Position numbers and translations under genes: made by a program
Assembly (NCBI GenBank): GCA_963695555.1
Contig: CAVOGR010000001.1
Location: 192,001-256,000, forward strand
Origin: an uncultured Gemmatimonadales bacterium
GTDB taxonomy: Bacteria; Gemmatimonadota; Gemmatimonadetes; Gemmatimonadales; GWC2-71-9
DNA: 64,000 nt
Direction: 5' to 3'
Notes under the pieces: generated by a model
Seen by the model: the letters and a program-made list of their open reading frames with translations, nothing else
Told to the model about the DNA's origin: nothing
Database searches by the model: none
Part shown: positions 22,134 through 33,051 of the stretch, one piece after another
Layout of the letters: every line of letters begins with the position of its first letter
Position numbering within the stretch: position 1 is the first letter of the stretch

Positions 22134-23058
22134 TGAGCAGTAACTCCAATCGGTGCGCGTAGGTGTGCTTCGCTAGGGCGTGGGCCCTTCCCTCGGCTGC
22201 GATCCGGCCACGTTCCCCGGGAGCCGCGAGATAGTGGCGCACGAGTGCCACCGCGTCTGAAACACCGCGGTACCAAACGCAATGTCGGCGGTCTTCGGCC
22301 AACGCCTCGATTCCCTCGACGTACGCGCCGAGAAAGAACCCGCCACAGCCGAGGATCTTCCACATCCGGTTGGAAGCCGAGGCCCGATCGTGATCTTGTC
22401 CTGGCAGGGCGCTCGCACCGAGCGATATCGCAGCGCCTCGTACCGCCCGGGCGAATCGCGCGCCACGGACTCGCCCTCCGGCCACGGGGAGGTCCGACGG
22501 GACGGCCTCCCACCCGGACCCGCGGATCTGCAGGTTGCCTACGCCGGCGATCGCTCGTAACACTTCGTGGCGGTGGGGATACTGCCCCGAACCGACAAAC
22601 GAGACGTCGCAATGATATCGCCGCGGTGCAGTTCTTTGGGGTCGGTCGAGAACGGGATCGACGCCCTGAGGCAGGAAGCGGACGTGCGGAATTCCAGCGC
22701 GACGGTATGCCTCCACCTGGGCGAAGTACGTGGTGTACATCGTCCCCGCGAGGCGGCCCAAGGCGATGACGTCGGGGCTGGACGGGTAGTCGAAGTACCA
22801 CAGCGCACTCTGTCTCGATGCGGTGACGGCTCGGATGGTGGCTTCGCCGGCCAGGATGGCATGGCGAGTCATGAGGACGAATTCGGGGTCGAACATGTCG
22901 ACGAGCCGACGGACCAGGCCACTACCGGCTCTCCCGAGGTGGCGATGCCATCGCATGACGTCGATCTGGCGGCATTGGTGGCCCAGTGTCCGCGCGGCGC
23001 GTGCAATGGCCGTTTCGGTCTTGTAGCGCCCGCCGGCACCGAGGACTACAATGCGCAC
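22108..23058 (-). CDS. CgeB-like / Glyco_trans_1_2 glycosyltransferase
   Basis: LPQGVDP, DVSFVGS, RGSGW, SNRMWKILGCGGF, HTYAHR. Confidence 0.8.
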   Translation of the reverse strand: MRIVVLGAGGRYKTETAIARAARTLGHQCRQIDVMRWHRHLGRAGSGLVRRLVDMFDPEFVLMTRHAILAGEATIRAVTASRQSALWYFDYPSSPDVIALGRLAGTMYTTYFAQVEAYRRAGIPHVRFLPQGVDPVLDRPQRTAPRRYHCDVSFVGSGQYPHRHEVLRAIAGVGNLQIRGSGWEAVPSDLPVAGGRVRGARFARAVRGAAISLGASALPGQDHDRASASNRMWKILGCGGFFLGAYVEGIEALAEDRRHCVWYRGVSDAVALVRHYLAAPGERGRIAAEGRAHALAKHTYAHRLELLLNGRDYPLP

Positions 23059-23209
23059 GCGGAGTGATCAACTCCTGGCGGAATGCCGGGAGGGAATCGG
23101 TTGGGTCGGTGAGCGGATGCGGGCATTGAATCGGGGCGAAATATAGTGGAATCGGTACTCGTGGGCGGGACGTCCGTCGGCCTTCTGCGCATGTCAATGG
23201 GGCGTCGCG

Positions 23210-24439
23210 ATGACCGGTGATTTCCCAGCGGGACCGGATCGGCAGGTCTTGTTCACCTACGACTTCCCACCGATTGGTGGTGGGATCGCCCGGTGGATGG
23301 GAGAATTGGCTCGGCGGTATCCCTCGAGCGGGCTGGTTGTCTCCACGGGCCAACAGCCCGGTAGCGAGATGGTGGACCCGACCTTTCCGAATCCGATCGA
23401 TCGAGTGGCGGTTCCGTCTCGGCGATTGCGCACGATGTCGGGGATCATTCGCTGGGCTCACCGGGCCGGGAGGCTCTGCCGGACTTGGGGCGCCGAGTTC
23501 GCGTGGTGCGGCCAGGTCCTACCCGCTGCCTACCCGGCGCGTTGGGTCCATGCCAAGACCCGCACGCCGTATGGCCTGGTGGTGCACGGAGGGGACCTCC
23601 TCAAGCTCCGCCGCCGTATCCATTCGGCCCGCAAGCGACCGATCGCCCGGACGTTGCTTGGGAACGCTGCGGTGATCGTCGCAAACAGCCGATGGACCGC
23701 CGCCCTCTGCGGTGAGATCTTCGACGAATTCCGGCTCCCTCTGTCTGAGGGGCAGCTTCACGTGGTGCCCTTGGGGACCGATCCGGATTTCTTTCGACCG
23801 GGGCTCGATTCAAGCCCAGTTCGAGCAACCTATGACCTGCCCGCAGGCCGTTGGCTCGTTACGGTAGCGCGCCTCGTGCCGCACAAGGGGATCGACACCG
23901 GGATCCGGTGCCTGGCCGCTCTCGGGGATGACATACCAGGCCTGCGCTACGCCGTCGCTGGTACGGGGCTGGATCTCGAGCGGCTCGAGGCGCTGGCCCG
24001 CGACCTCGCTGTTCGCGACCGGGTCCACTTCCTCGGCCAGGTGCCGGACTCCCATCTGCCGGCGCTCTACAACCTGGGCGAGGTCTATCTCGCGCCTTCA
24101 CGACTCGAAGCGTGCGATGTCGAAGGCTTCGGCATCGCGATCGTCGAGGCATCGGCGTCGGGGCTTCCTGTCGTCGCTGGGCGGAGTGGCGGGACGGCCG
24201 ACGCGGTTCTGGAAGGGGAGACCGGCCTACTGGTCGATTCGGGGTCGGGGAACCCGGGCGCGTTCACCGATGCCGTACGCTCGTTGCTGGTGAACCGTTC
24301 TCTGGCCGCAACGATGGGCAGAGCAGGGCGCCGGGCCGTCGAGACCTTCTTCAATTGGGATCGGGTGACCACGGTGATGCGAGGTCTTGGCCGGGACGCG
24401 GCCCTCGCGAGCCGGCCCGTTCGGGGATCAGCCGGCTGA
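23210..24439 (+). CDS. Glycosyltransferase family 4 (PimB-like)
   Basis: DFPP..GGI, HGGD, ANS, TVARLVPHKG, EGFGIAIVEA..GLPVV. Confidence 0.9.
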   Translation: MTGDFPAGPDRQVLFTYDFPPIGGGIARWMGELARRYPSSGLVVSTGQQPGSEMVDPTFPNPIDRVAVPSRRLRTMSGIIRWAHRAGRLCRTWGAEFAWCGQVLPAAYPARWVHAKTRTPYGLVVHGGDLLKLRRRIHSARKRPIARTLLGNAAVIVANSRWTAALCGEIFDEFRLPLSEGQLHVVPLGTDPDFFRPGLDSSPVRATYDLPAGRWLVTVARLVPHKGIDTGIRCLAALGDDIPGLRYAVAGTGLDLERLEALARDLAVRDRVHFLGQVPDSHLPALYNLGEVYLAPSRLEACDVEGFGIAIVEASASGLPVVAGRSGGTADAVLEGETGLLVDSGSGNPGAFTDAVRSLLVNRSLAATMGRAGRRAVETFFNWDRVTTVMRGLGRDAALASRPVRGSAG

Positions 24440-25495
24440 GGTGCCGTCCGCGACCCGCGCACTGATGGCGTAGGTGGGGCAGTTCCGCACGTAATCGCCG
24501 TCCAGCGGAGACCAGCTCTGTTCCGGTTCCAGGACCTGCGCTTTGCCATCCGCCCCCGAGGCGAACACATGCGGTGCCCGGAGCACGCAGGATCCGCATC
24601 CGATGCAGCGGTCAGCGCTGACGCGAATGCGCACGTGGCGGCGCGGATAGATGCCGCGTGCATCGTCAGGGAGGGGACCCCCGAATTCATCCAAGACCGC
24701 CTTGGTAGCCCGGTAGCCCTCATCGATGAGTTCCCGGGTCCGATCGAAGGCGAACATGGGGACGTGCTCAACCCGGGGGTGGACCAGGAGTAGCGCCGGC
24801 TTCTCCCACCCGCGCAGCGATTCCTCGGCCATGGTCTGCATGACGATCTCGAGGCCCCGGGCATAGGTTGCGGCGAAACCGCTGTTCTCCACGTCCGCCC
24901 TGAGGACACTCGAGGAACCGACGTCCACGGCGATGACCGCCGTATCTCCGGCCCCTGCCGCTGCGCGCACCGGCAGGTTCCGGATGACCGCCCCGTCGCA
25001 GTAGAACCGGCCGCGAAGCTGCCGTGGCGGGAATAGGCCCGGGAGCGCACAGGAAGCGAATACGGCGTCGGCGACTCGGACGTCTCGTAGCCCGGGCTGT
25101 CCCCAGAGCACCTGCATGCCCGAGTTGATCTCAACGGTGTTGACGATGAGTTGATGCTCGAGATCGTCGAACGTCCTATTCCCGACCAGATCTTCGATCA
25201 ACTGTTGCAGTGGCTCATGTCGGTAGATGGCCGGCGCCCGCATCCGGCGGAACGCCATGTCGGTGTGGGCGACTTGGAACACATGCTTGCGTTTGACAGC
25301 CAGACCCCGTCGCCGCATGGTTTCGATGTCGTGTCCGGCGGCCCAGGCCGCGGCCACGAGCGAGCCCATGCTGGTACCGATCACGGCGTCGGGGGTGAGG
25401 CCAAACTCAGCCAGGGCTTGGAACACCCCGATATGAGCCAGCCCCTTGAGGCCGCCGCCGCTCAATACCAACGTGAAAGGTCGAGGATTACTCAC
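24428..25495 (-). CDS. Patatin-like phospholipase with C-terminal ferredoxin domain
   Basis: SGGGLKG, GTSMG nucleophile elbow, DGA; C-terminal RCIGCGSC..CPTYAI. Confidence 0.85.
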   Translation of the reverse strand: MSNPRPFTLVLSGGGLKGLAHIGVFQALAEFGLTPDAVIGTSMGSLVAAAWAAGHDIETMRRRGLAVKRKHVFQVAHTDMAFRRMRAPAIYRHEPLQQLIEDLVGNRTFDDLEHQLIVNTVEINSGMQVLWGQPGLRDVRVADAVFASCALPGLFPPRQLRGRFYCDGAVIRNLPVRAAAGAGDTAVIAVDVGSSSVLRADVENSGFAATYARGLEIVMQTMAEESLRGWEKPALLLVHPRVEHVPMFAFDRTRELIDEGYRATKAVLDEFGGPLPDDARGIYPRRHVRIRVSADRCIGCGSCVLRAPHVFASGADGKAQVLEPEQSWSPLDGDYVRNCPTYAISARVADGTSAG

Positions 25496-25577
25496 GGTTT
25501 GTCGGGGAAGCAGATCGAGGAGTAACGTACTCTCGACCAGTTCGAGAACAAAGCGTCCATTCGCGCCGAGCCAACCC

Positions 25578-26771
25578 ATGTCGCTGCCGGATTCTGCCGC
25601 TCCCACCCCTCGCTACGACGTAGCGGAACTGCGTGCCCAGGAGTTTCCGTGGACATCGGGAACGACCTACCTGAACAACGCGAGCACGGGACCGCTGCCG
25701 GCGGGCACCGTCTGCGTGCTGCACGAGTTCATTCGGCGCCGCACCAATCCCTCGCTCCTGCCTGATCCCGACCTCCAAGCGGTCCTCGCCGAATCGCGGC
25801 GACTCCTTGCCCGGCTGGTCAATGCGTCGGTGTCAGAGATCGCGCTCGCGCCAAACACGACATACGGGCTGAATCTGGCGGCCACCGGCCTGCCGCTCCA
25901 ATCCGGCGACGTCGTGCTGGTGAGTGACAAGGAGTTTCCGGCCAACGTCTATCCGTGGCTCCGCCTGCAGGAACGGGGAATCGGGTGTGAACTGGTCCCG
26001 ACGACTTCCGAGGGCTGGCCCGACGCCGCGCGAATCAGGGAGCGCCTGGCCGACCCGAGGGTACGGGTGCTCGCGCTGTCACTGGTGCAGTTCGGGACGG
26101 GATACCTGGCGGACCTGGCCTATTGGTCCGCCGCGACCCGTGAGACCGGCACCTTCTTGGTGGTCGATGCGATCCAAGGACTCGGCCACATCCCAGTCGA
26201 CCTGGCCCAAACGGAGGTGGACATTCTGAGCGCGGGAGGGCAGAAGTGGTTGCTCTCGCCGTGGGGATCGGGGTTCGTCTACGTGCGGAAGGGCCTCCGG
26301 GACGTCGTGCGGCCGCCGGCCACCGGCTGGATGGCATACGAAGGGAGCCAGGACTTTACCCGTCTCACGTCATACGACGACCGTCTCTTGCCTGACGCCC
26401 GCCGCTTTGAGTTGGTCACGCTGCCGTTCCAGGACTTTGCCGGACTGAATGCCTCGGTGTCCCTGCTTCTTTCATTGGGAATCGAAGCCATCCGCCGGCA
26501 CATCGACAGCGTGCTCGAGCCCGTCAGGCATTGGTGTGGAAGGCACGGCGTTTCGCTCCGATCGCCACTCGGAGCGCACGGCTCGGCCATTCTGTGCGTG
26601 GCTCCATCCGACCCGGTCGAAGCGCATCGCCTGCTCCGGGCGGAGGGCGTGGTATCGAGTCTCCGGGAAGGAAGCATTCGCCTGAGCCCGCACTGCTACA
26701 ACACGGTGGATGAAATGGAGCGGGTTGTCGCCGTGCTGGAGCGGGTGGGAACGAAGGCGACCGCGGGCTAG
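25578..26771 (+). CDS. Aminotransferase class V-fold PLP enzyme
   Basis: [42 protein letters not shown]. Confidence 0.88.
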   Translation: MSLPDSAAPTPRYDVAELRAQEFPWTSGTTYLNNASTGPLPAGTVCVLHEFIRRRTNPSLLPDPDLQAVLAESRRLLARLVNASVSEIALAPNTTYGLNLAATGLPLQSGDVVLVSDKEFPANVYPWLRLQERGIGCELVPTTSEGWPDAARIRERLADPRVRVLALSLVQFGTGYLADLAYWSAATRETGTFLVVDAIQGLGHIPVDLAQTEVDILSAGGQKWLLSPWGSGFVYVRKGLRDVVRPPATGWMAYEGSQDFTRLTSYDDRLLPDARRFELVTLPFQDFAGLNASVSLLLSLGIEAIRRHIDSVLEPVRHWCGRHGVSLRSPLGAHGSAILCVAPSDPVEAHRLLRAEGVVSSLREGSIRLSPHCYNTVDEMERVVAVLERVGTKATAG

Positions 26772-28033
26772 TCTTCGATGACCAGGAGGGCGTGGGTCTT
26801 CCGGCCCTTCTGGAGCAGGATGTAGCGGTCGGCCAGGACGCTGGCCCGGCTGAGCACGTCGTCCTCCTTCGCGATCTTGGCGCCATTCACCGAAAAGCCA
26901 CCGCCCCGAATGCCGCGGCGGGCGTCGGCCTTGGAGCTTGCCAGTCCGACGGTGGTGAGGGCCTCGACCACGCTCAGTCCCTGCTGCATGGCACTGGCCG
27001 GCACGCGCGCGACCGCGAGCTCACCGGCAAGCACTTCGAAGGCTGCCGGACCGGTCTCGCGGATCTCGGAATCTCCAAACAGTATGCGACTGGCTTGCAC
27101 CACTGCCGCCGTGGTTTCCGGGCCGTGAATGCGGGTGGTGACATCCTCGGCAAGGGCGCGCTGGGCGATTCGCGCCGCGGGACGCTCGTGGTGGCTCGCG
27201 GCCAGGGCGTCGATCTCCTCGAGCGGCATGAAGGTGAACAATTTGAGCAGGCGTTCGACGTCTTGGTCGTCGGTGTTGAGCCAGAACTGGTAGAAGCGGT
27301 ACGGGCTGGTGCGCTCGGCGTCGAGCCAGACGTTGCCCGCTTCGGACTTACCGAACTTGGTCCCGCTCGCCGTGGTGAGCAGCGGAAAGACCAAGCCGTG
27401 CACCTTGGCTTGTTCCTTCCGCGCCACGAGCTCGATTCCCGCCGTGATGTTCCCCCACTGATCGCTGCCACCCATTTGAAGCTCGCACCCTCTGGTGCGA
27501 TGGAGGTGCCAGTAATCGTAGGCCTGCACCAGCATGTAGGCGAACTCGGTGAACGAAAGGCCGAGTTCCATCCGGCCTTTGACCGATTCCTTTTGCAGCA
27601 TGTAGCTGAGCGTGAAGTGCTTGCCCGTGTCACGCAAGAAGTCGAGCAGCCGGATGTCTTCGAGCCACTCGGAGTTGTCGCAGACCTCGATCTGCGCCTC
27701 CGAACCGCTCATGAACCGGGCGAGTTGGTCGCGCATGCGGGCGCAGTTCTCGGCGATCGCCTCGGGCGGGAGCAAGGGTCGCTCCGCTCGCTTGCCCGAG
27801 GGATCGCCCACCATGCCGGTGCCGCCGCCCAGGACGGCCATCGCCGTGCCGCCGGCCCGATCGAGCCATGCCAGGCCCATCATGGGAATCAGATTCCCGA
27901 CGTGGAGGGACTCGGCGGTGGGGTCGAATCCTACGTAGCCGGTGATGGGGCCGGTCTGCAGACGTTCTTCGAGGCCGGGCGTGGCATCGTGCAACAATCC
28001 GCGGCGCGCGAGTTCTGTCGCGAGGTCAGCCAT
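26768..28033 (-). CDS. tyrS: Tyrosine--tRNA ligase
   Basis: [38 protein letters not shown]-terminal S4 domain. Confidence 0.97.
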   Translation of the reverse strand: MADLATELARRGLLHDATPGLEERLQTGPITGYVGFDPTAESLHVGNLIPMMGLAWLDRAGGTAMAVLGGGTGMVGDPSGKRAERPLLPPEAIAENCARMRDQLARFMSGSEAQIEVCDNSEWLEDIRLLDFLRDTGKHFTLSYMLQKESVKGRMELGLSFTEFAYMLVQAYDYWHLHRTRGCELQMGGSDQWGNITAGIELVARKEQAKVHGLVFPLLTTASGTKFGKSEAGNVWLDAERTSPYRFYQFWLNTDDQDVERLLKLFTFMPLEEIDALAASHHERPAARIAQRALAEDVTTRIHGPETTAAVVQASRILFGDSEIRETGPAAFEVLAGELAVARVPASAMQQGLSVVEALTTVGLASSKADARRGIRGGGFSVNGAKIAKEDDVLSRASVLADRYILLQKGRKTHALLVIED

Positions 28034-28154
28034 GAGGGCCAATCGTAGTCCGACGGCGTGAGCCGAGCAAGCCGAGGGGCAGGCCCGTGCCCGGTGGTCC
28101 CGGGGGGGCGTGGCCTGTTGGCTGGTGCCTTTCCCATGGCTAGGTTTGTCTCTT

Positions 28155-30311
28155 ATGCCCCCGCAATTCCCCGCAGCGGTGCGACGCTGGCTTCCCCGTG
28201 GCCTGCTCGCCAGAGTCGTGCTGATCACGGCATTTGCCGTGGTTGCTTTCGGCGCGGCTTTCGCATTCGGTGCGTGGAGCCGGGCCTGCGCCGGGAGCCG
28301 CTGCCCGTCGATCGAAGGACTCGGGGAATACGACCCCGATCAGGCGTCCAAGGTGTACGCCGCCGATGGCCGGCTGATCACGGATTTCGGCCTGGAACGG
28401 CGAACGGTCCTTCCCCTGCGGGAGATATCCCCTGCCGTCGTCGCCGCCTTTCTGGCCATCGAGGATCGGCGCTTCTACCGCCACCACGGCATCGACTGGA
28501 TCCGGTTCTTTGGTGCGGTCAAGAGCAACATCCTGGCGATGGAGGTGACCTCGGGGTTTTCGACCATCACCATGCAGCTGGCGCGGAACCTGTTTCCCGA
28601 GGATATCAGTGGTCGGGACCGGACGATTGCGCGCAAGATTCGTGAGGCGCGGGTCGCGCGGCAGATCGAAAAGCGGTACTCGAAGGACAAGATTCTCGAG
28701 CTCTACCTCAACCAGATCGATCTCGGCAACCGGGCGTTTGGTGTCGAGGCGGCGGCCCAGCGGTACTTCGGCAAATCGGCCCGTAACGTCAACGTGGCGG
28801 AGGCCGCCATCTTGGCCGCGATTCCGAAGGCGCCATCGACTTACAATCCCCGGCGCAATCCGCGCCGCGCGATCCAGCGGCGCAACCTGGTGATCAACTC
28901 GATTCGCCAGGAAGGGTTGCTCACGGCAGAACAGGCCGAACGGTGGAAGTCGTTCCCGCTCCAGCTGTCATCGCGCTCTGACTTCAGCGGGGTAGCGGAG
29001 TATTTCGTGGAGTACATCCGGCAGCAACTCGATGCCCGGTTCGGGCACGATCTCTATCGCGATGGGCTCCGGATCTATACCACGCTCGATCTCGATTTTC
29101 AGGAAACGGCCGAGCGGGCGTTGGAGAATCAACTCAGCGCGATCGAGGATGGAGAATACGGCCAATTCCCGCATCCGACCTACGCCACCTATCTGGAATC
29201 GAAGGCCGACCGGGACGGGGCCGCCACCGAGCCGTCGCCCTACCTGCAGGGACTGGTGCTGACGCTCGATGCCAAGACCGGATATATCCGCGCGATGGTT
29301 GGAGGTCGTGACTTCGAGGACAGCAAGTTCAATCGGGTCACGCAAGCGATGCGGCAGCCCGGGTCGACGTTCAAGCCGTTCGTCTACTCGGCGGCCCTCC
29401 GGGCCGGCATACCGCTCTCCTTTATTCAGGTCGATGAGCCGATCAGCGTGCCGATGCGGCAGGGCGAACCCGACTGGGAACCGCAGAACTTCAATCTCCG
29501 GTTCGACGGCCCGATGACGCTCCGGGAAGGACTGTACCGGTCGGTCAACATCATCGCGATTCGGCTGGGGATGGAGGAAGTGGGAGAACAGGCCGTGGTG
29601 AGCGAGGCGGTTCGCTACGGCATCACAACCCGAATCCCCGCGTATCCCTCGATCTTCATCGGGTCTGCCGAAGTCCTGCCAATCCAGATGATCTCGGCGT
29701 ACACGTCGTTTGCCAACCTCGGGGTCCGGACCACCCCGATCGGCATCCTCCGGGTGGAGGATCGTGACGGGAAGATCCTCTGGGAGCCCGCGATTCATCG
29801 TGAACGGGTCGCTGACCCCGCGCTGGCCTGGCTCATGACCGACGTGTTGCGGGATGTGGTTCGGCGTGGGACGGCCTTCAGCGCCGTCACCGCCCAGGGG
29901 TTCACCATCCCGACCGGCGGCAAGACCGGCACGACCAACGAATACAACGACGTCTGGTTCATCGGTTTCACTCCCGATCTGGTGACCGGAGTGTGGATGG
30001 GGTTCGATCAACCCCAACGGATCATGAACAACGCACAGGGTGGCCGTCTCGCCGCGCCGGCCTGGACCGCCATGATGAAGGAGATCTACGAGCGGCGGGC
30101 CGCCCCACCGGGGTGGAGCCGGCCGGCCGGAGTCACCTTCCAAGAAATCGACCGGACCACCGGTTACCTCGCCACACCGTTCTGCCCGACCGACAGCCGG
30201 CTCATCGAGTCCTTCCTGCCGGGCACCGAGCCGACCGAACCCTGTCCGGTCCACCTGCCATTCCGCATTACGGGGGCAGGCTCGCAGCCGCAAGCGCCAA
30301 CCAGCCCCTGA
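28155..30311 (+). CDS. Class A penicillin-binding protein (PBP1A family)
   Basis: [23 protein letters not shown]; transpeptidase STFK, SVN, KTG. Confidence 0.95.
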   Translation: MPPQFPAAVRRWLPRGLLARVVLITAFAVVAFGAAFAFGAWSRACAGSRCPSIEGLGEYDPDQASKVYAADGRLITDFGLERRTVLPLREISPAVVAAFLAIEDRRFYRHHGIDWIRFFGAVKSNILAMEVTSGFSTITMQLARNLFPEDISGRDRTIARKIREARVARQIEKRYSKDKILELYLNQIDLGNRAFGVEAAAQRYFGKSARNVNVAEAAILAAIPKAPSTYNPRRNPRRAIQRRNLVINSIRQEGLLTAEQAERWKSFPLQLSSRSDFSGVAEYFVEYIRQQLDARFGHDLYRDGLRIYTTLDLDFQETAERALENQLSAIEDGEYGQFPHPTYATYLESKADRDGAATEPSPYLQGLVLTLDAKTGYIRAMVGGRDFEDSKFNRVTQAMRQPGSTFKPFVYSAALRAGIPLSFIQVDEPISVPMRQGEPDWEPQNFNLRFDGPMTLREGLYRSVNIIAIRLGMEEVGEQAVVSEAVRYGITTRIPAYPSIFIGSAEVLPIQMISAYTSFANLGVRTTPIGILRVEDRDGKILWEPAIHRERVADPALAWLMTDVLRDVVRRGTAFSAVTAQGFTIPTGGKTGTTNEYNDVWFIGFTPDLVTGVWMGFDQPQRIMNNAQGGRLAAPAWTAMMKEIYERRAAPPGWSRPAGVTFQEIDRTTGYLATPFCPTDSRLIESFLPGTEPTEPCPVHLPFRITGAGSQPQAPTSP

Positions 30312-30312
30312 C

Positions 30313-31569
30313 ATGGTCCCCCCGCTCCGGCTGAGCGCTCCGTGGCTCTATCCGGCCGGGGGGAGTGAAGTATCAGCCATCGAAAACGGCGCCCTGCTGA
30401 TCGACGAGGCCGGGCGGCTCGCTGCCATTGGGCCGGATGCCACGGTTCCCGCGCCCGACGGGTGCAGGCGGGAGCACTTCGCTCGGACCGTCATCATGCC
30501 CGGCCTGGTGAACACCCATACTCATCTCGAGCTCACCGGGTTCGAGGACCGTGTCCTCGACGAGGATTTCGCTTCGTGGATCCGCCACCTCCGGGCGCTC
30601 AAGGAAGAACGCATGCCGGAGGAGTTCCTGGCTGCCGCGCGGCGTGGACTTGCCGACTGCTTCGCGGCCGGTGTGACCACGGTGGCCGACACCGGCGATT
30701 CGGGAGCGGTGATCCGTGCCATGGCGGAAGCCGGTGGCAGCGGCATCGCGTACCAGGAGGTGTTTGGCCCCCACCCGGACCAATGCGAATCGAGCCTCAT
30801 CGGCCTCCAAGCGCGTGTTGCCGAGTTACGCCGGTTCGCGTCGGCCCGGATTCGGCTTGGCGTGTCGCCGCACGCGCCGTACACGGTGAGCGAGCCCCTC
30901 GCGACCGCGGTCATGAACTGGGCCCGGGCGGAGGGCCTTCCGGTGGCGGTTCACATCGCCGAGTCGCCGGCCGAACGGGAGTTTCTGCTGCAGGCGACGG
31001 GTCCGTTCGCGGCGGCATGGAAGACGCGGCAGATTCCGTTGCCCGCGCGCCCCGGCAGCTCGCCGATCGCCTGGCTGGAGTCCTCCGGCGGCTTGACGCC
31101 CGACACGCTCTGTATTCACGCCGTACAGGTCGACGCGGAAGACATCGCGCTGCTCGCGCGGTCCCAGTGCGCGATTGCGCACTGCCCCGGCTCGAACCTC
31201 CGGCACCGGCATGGCGACGCGCCACTCGCGGCGTTTCTCGAGGCCGGCCTCCGGGTGGGTGTCGGGACCGACTCGGTGGCAAGTGTCGGGCGGCTCGACC
31301 TCCTGGCCGAAGCCAGGAGGGCGCGGGCGCTCGCGGGCCTCAGCGCCGCCGCTGCTCTCGATTTGTGCACGGCGGACGCGGCCCGTGCGCTGGGCCTGGA
31401 TGGCGAAGTCGGACGTCTGGCGCCGGGCCTGTGGGGAGACGTGACGGTCGTCAGGGTCGGTGCCGTGACCGACCCCTCCGACATTCCCGAGGCATTGCTC
31501 GAATCTTTACCTGGGCAGGTCGTGGCGACATACGTCGGGGGGCGGAAGGTCCATTCGTTGGCGACTTGA
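30313..31569 (+). CDS. Metal-dependent amidohydrolase (MtaD/nucleoside deaminase-like)
   Basis: PGLVNTHTHLE, SPHAPY, HIAES, H, CP.SN, GTDS. Confidence 0.85.
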   Translation: MVPPLRLSAPWLYPAGGSEVSAIENGALLIDEAGRLAAIGPDATVPAPDGCRREHFARTVIMPGLVNTHTHLELTGFEDRVLDEDFASWIRHLRALKEERMPEEFLAAARRGLADCFAAGVTTVADTGDSGAVIRAMAEAGGSGIAYQEVFGPHPDQCESSLIGLQARVAELRRFASARIRLGVSPHAPYTVSEPLATAVMNWARAEGLPVAVHIAESPAEREFLLQATGPFAAAWKTRQIPLPARPGSSPIAWLESSGGLTPDTLCIHAVQVDAEDIALLARSQCAIAHCPGSNLRHRHGDAPLAAFLEAGLRVGVGTDSVASVGRLDLLAEARRARALAGLSAAAALDLCTADAARALGLDGEVGRLAPGLWGDVTVVRVGAVTDPSDIPEALLESLPGQVVATYVGGRKVHSLAT

Positions 31570-31598
31570 TTCCCAGCGGCATGCCGGCGCTCGCTCTC

Positions 31599-31627
31599 TT
31601 GCCCTCAAATCGAGCCAGCGTTACGAT
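31599..31627 (+). promoter_or_regulatory. Candidate sigma70 promoter of the HNH gene
   Basis: TTGCCC-N17-TACGAT. Confidence 0.55.
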
Positions 31628-31643
31628 TTAGCTGAGCATGTGG

Positions 31644-31728
31644 TGGGTAGGAGTTCCTTCCAACTCCTGGCTTTTGCCGACTCAATCGAGTGAGCGGCAC
31701 CCAGTGACCTCCCTCCGAAGCGTTGGAG
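31644..31728 (+). promoter_or_regulatory. Putative structured 5' leader (three-way junction plus SD-sequestering hairpin)
   Basis: TGGGT/ACCCA closing AGGAGTT/AACTCCT and GCCG-CTCA/TGAG-CGGC stems; CTCC pairs with the GGAG Shine-Dalgarno. Confidence 0.45.
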
Positions 31729-31736
31729 ATGAATAG

Positions 31737-32285
31737 GTGCGCTGCCTAGCCTTGAATGCCTCGTTTGAACCGCTCACGATGGTTCCCGTGCGACGTGCGC
31801 TTAGACTCGTCATCGACGGCAAAGCCGAGATCGTCGAGCCGGAGGGAGTAGACGTATTCCGCAGCGAGCGGATCACGCTGCCGCGTCCGGCCATCATTCG
31901 GCTCGTCAAGTTCATCCACGTGCCCCGCCGGTTTCGTCGGCAGGTAACCAACACCTTCCTGTTTGCACGCGACGGCTATCGCTGTCAGTACTGTCATCGG
32001 GCGCCCTCGGAGCTCCGGACGCGCGAGTGTCTCACTCGCGATCACATCGTGCCGATGTCTCGTGGCGGGGACAATGAGTGGACCAACGTGGTTACCGCCT
32101 GCAGCTCCTGCAACACCCGCAAGGGCAACCGCCTCCCTGAAGAGTGCGGCATGAGCCCGTTGGTCCCTCCCACCGAGCCGCATTTCGTGCACCTCTCCTG
32201 GGCCGTGCGCCGGCTCACCGTCACCCAGTCGAAGTACATCAAGATGTTCTACGGCGAGGACGCGCTGCGGGCCATTGCGGGTTAG
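31737..32285 (+). CDS. HNH endonuclease (HNH_5/McrA-like, stand-alone)
   Basis: LNASFEP, RDGYRCQYC, TRDHIVP.SRGG..W.NVVTAC..CN..KG. Confidence 0.92.
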   Translation: MRCLALNASFEPLTMVPVRRALRLVIDGKAEIVEPEGVDVFRSERITLPRPAIIRLVKFIHVPRRFRRQVTNTFLFARDGYRCQYCHRAPSELRTRECLTRDHIVPMSRGGDNEWTNVVTACSSCNTRKGNRLPEECGMSPLVPPTEPHFVHLSWAVRRLTVTQSKYIKMFYGEDALRAIAG

Positions 32286-32316
32286 CTCGACCTCCCGTCC
32301 GGCAACCCCCATTCAA

Positions 32317-33033
32317 TTATTCGGGTCCCGCGAGCTCCGGCGACCTCGCCTCCAGTCGGAGGCGAGGCAGGCCGGCGAGGCGAAGCAGCAGACGCGTTAC
32401 CCGGCGCCCGAGCACGCCCCCGGCATCGGCGCCGCCCGTCTGGCCCTCGTCGCGTTCCCCCTGAAGAAAACGCTCGAGTTCTTCGATGTCCGAGTCCGAT
32501 AGCGTCGAGATCGCGAGGCTGCCGACGTAGTAGTGGGTTCCCGCTGTCGTCGGACCGAGCGCGATTCGATACCTGGCACCGAGGGCCGTGGCCAGGGCTT
32601 CCCTCGTGGCGTAGCGCCGCTCCCGCATGCCGGACCCGGTGATCGTTCTCACCGAGAATTCAAGCAGCACTGGCTCCCAGCGCACCACCACGTCCCACTC
32701 CACGAGCCGCTGGAGTTGGTCGAACCACACGCTCTTCGATTTCCACAGCTCGAGCCGGTAGCTGAGTCGGACGGGGAGTCCTTCCTGCAACGTGGCGATC
32801 CATCGGCCGTCCCCGAGGAGGTCGACGGCGCGAACCATCGGGTCTCCGGCCTGGCCTCGGGCAACGTCACCGGTCAGTGAGATTTCGAGCCGCGGTTCCG
32901 GTGGCGAGCCGCCCTGGGCGCTCGCGACGGCCACCGGCGCGAGCAGGGCGGAGACGAGGGCAAGCCCCCGCCCCAGCTCCCGCCCCCGCCCCCGACGCGG
33001 CCTCGTCGCCGCTCGTCTCACCGGTCGCTCCAC
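32317..33033 (-). CDS. Exported protein, DUF4390-like
   Basis: Signal-like segment; L.EGLPVRLSYRLELW....WFD pattern; in a two-component operon. Confidence 0.55.
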   Translation of the reverse strand: MERPVRRAATRPRRGRGRELGRGLALVSALLAPVAVASAQGGSPPEPRLEISLTGDVARGQAGDPMVRAVDLLGDGRWIATLQEGLPVRLSYRLELWKSKSVWFDQLQRLVEWDVVVRWEPVLLEFSVRTITGSGMRERRYATREALATALGARYRIALGPTTAGTHYYVGSLAISTLSDSDIEELERFLQGERDEGQTGGADAGGVLGRRVTRLLLRLAGLPRLRLEARSPELAGPE

Positions 33034-33051
33034 GCCCCGTGTCCGGACGAC

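Noticed and set aside
24428..25495. CBASS CapV effector
   Set aside because: No CD-NTase or Cap genes nearby; NTE/RssA-like patatin in a housekeeping context.
28968..30314. Long antisense ORFs (also 608-1990, 26792-28048, 35061-36239, 36324-37640, 38767-40173, 44169-45632, 46231-47598)
   Set aside because: Shadow frames of high-GC genes with no recognisable motifs.
31644..32285. IscB/HEARO or Cas9-like RNA-guided system
   Set aside because: The protein is 182 aa with HNH only, with no PLMP or RuvC motifs and no transposon ends or array.
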